DNA of 63,224 nucleotides, the filler included, from Pirum gemmata (taxonomy: Eukaryota): assembly GCA_002812295.1 (NCBI GenBank). It is 13 parts of 13 records of this genome, joined end to end, with 100 filler letters (N's around TTAATTAATTAA, not from the genome) between each part and the next. Parts side by side here need not be neighbours in the genome. Positions count along the whole stretch, not along the records: positions 58,580 to 63,224 come from PDIN01001010.1; 12 more parts are not named here. One strand, written 5' to 3'. Below, piece by piece: positions 61,500-63,224 of this stretch. The translations under genes were made by a program, and so were the position numbers. Every line of letters begins with the position of its first letter. Positions within the stretch are counted from its first letter, which is position 1. Under the pieces are notes generated by a model, which searched no databases, had not been told where the DNA came from, and saw only the letters and a list, made by a program, of their open reading frames with translations.

Positions 61500-62220
61500 C
61501 CACAAACATAGCATGTCAGTGCACGTTTTTGCATAATCAGGATCCATACTCCATTGAAGCAAAAAAAGCCTCGCAAGCTTTTGCTCATGGATTGGCAATT
61601 TTGGCTACTTTATTTGAGAATGATATTTATGACCCCATGAACATTTTATCTCAGCATTTTACCATTAATAATATATTGCCCTGCTTTAAGCCAGATTATC
61701 CAAAAACACCTTCAATCCTTGATTGTACCGAGTTTTTTATTTTTACTCCTCCCTTTCGTGCGTGAATTTCAAAGGGCTAGCTGGTCCGAGTACAAGCATC
61801 ATAACAAATTCAAAACTTTAGTAGCCATGACAAGTACTGGTCATGTATATTATGTATCGCCTTGTCATGGTGGTAAAATTTCTGACAAAGATATTACAAA
61901 ACTTTACGAAACCCCAGCTTTTAAAAAATTATGGAAAGACAGTAGTGTCATGGCTGACAAGGGATTTGAAATCGAAGAATTAATGCCTGAAACGGTTGTG
62001 TATAACATGCCCCCAAAAACGAAACTTGGTATACAAATGGCCGTAAGCCAAGTTAAAAGTATTATATAATAGCAAAAAGGTCGCAAAAAGCAGAATCATG
62101 TTGAACGAATTATTGCTGTTGCCAAAAAAAATCAAATTCTAAGTGATGAAGTAACTTTTAAATTAGGTGATATGTATTCTGACACTTTCTGACATTGTAC
62201 GAGTTTGTTTTTACTTAAGT
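61500..62220 (+). mobile_element. Degenerate Harbinger/ISL2EU-type DDE transposase
   Basis: ILDCTEFFI, SEYKHHNKFKTLV, GGKISD, VMADKGF and HVERII occur across frameshifts and stops. These are the conserved D, D and E blocks of DDE_Tnp_4 transposases. Confidence 0.85.
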
Positions 62221-63224
62221 AACTTTCAAAACAGAATTGTTTCTAAGGTAGATTTGTAACTTCAACAATAATAAATATATAATATTATGTGCATTAATAT
62301 ATAATATTATAATATGTATAAAAGTATATGATTTTATGTGTGTATGTATTTCTCTACTTAAAGTTAGGATGTAATAAAAAAAATTGTCAATATTAAAAAT
62401 ATAAACTTAAAACTTTTCATGTTTAGTTAACATACGTATAATCAAGTTATCCCTTAGTTACAGCTAAAATCAACAACTATTTAATTAATATACTTTACTG
62501 ATTGATGAAAGTTGGTGAGTTGACTGAATGTTAATTTTTGACTACTGAAAGCAAGCATGACATTGTATTAAAAATCTTTAATATTCAAAATGAGGTCTTC
62601 AAACTCAAGGTGCATAGTCTACATATATATAAATAAGTTCTCTGTTGATTACAGCTTAAACGCAGAACATTTTATTAATCGAAGTAACGTGGTGAATTAA
62701 GTGTTAATTTATTGATTTCGTCAAGTTTTTTTAAATTTTTTTTTTTATAAAAATTTAATGTACATTTACTTTTTTAAAAAAATTAGAAAAAACACCCTGA
62801 ATAAGAGATTTTAGACTTTTTGTTATACATATTTGTAATTTTTTTTAGGCTTTACCCACTGGGATTGATTTACTGTTTCCTTTTTTTAAAAAAAATAAGA
62901 CAAATTTACTTTTTTTTTTTAAAAAAAAATTGGAGCTTTGAATATACCAAATTAAGACTATAGATACTGTATATGGAATTTTTTAAGGGATTAACCACTG
63001 AAAAGGCATAAAATCTGGGGTATCCGTTCGATCGAAAACCTAACCCCTAACCTAACCCTAACCCTAAGTTCCCTAACCCCTGATATCTAGTCATATATAT
63101 ATTTTTTTTTTCTGTCAAAAAAACGGATAAAATGCAGCATAGTCTAAACTTTTTTTTTTTTTAAAGCACGATACAAGTTGTGGTGTTCGGATTTTCAAAA
63201 AAAAAGTCTATAAAATATATCCGC

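Overview
Very AT-rich eukaryotic nuclear DNA, not prokaryotic: it has GT-AG introns, TTAGGG telomere-type repeats and many microsatellites. A unicellular eukaryote is plausible, but the taxon cannot be fixed from this window. It is a draft scaffold of many contigs joined by artificial N-TTAATTAATTAA-N spacers, so adjacency across gaps is unreliable. Recognisable genes are the last exon of an RNase Z (ELAC2-type), an ShK-domain tyrosinase, a secreted Cys-rich protein ending in an Erv/ALR-like sulfhydryl-oxidase domain, a tandem-exon Cys-rich repeat gene, an orphan alpha-kinase terminal exon, an FMN-dependent alpha-hydroxy-acid oxidase, a leishmanolysin (M8) peptidase and a frameshifted tectonin-like lectin. 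Mobile-element remnants include a non-LTR reverse transcriptase, a Harbinger/ISL2EU transposase, a tRNA-derived SINE and several MITE families. The most striking signal is in the intergenic DNA. It is full of stereotyped scars made of an 8-bp duplication around AGT, ACT, CCT or AGGCCT, which match the termini and 8-bp target duplication of an unclassified MITE family in the window. A second class of TA-N(1-4)-TA micro-insertions seems to build the CTAG/TATCATA-rich sequence. Together these suggest that much of the non-coding DNA has grown by repeated transposon insertion and excision.
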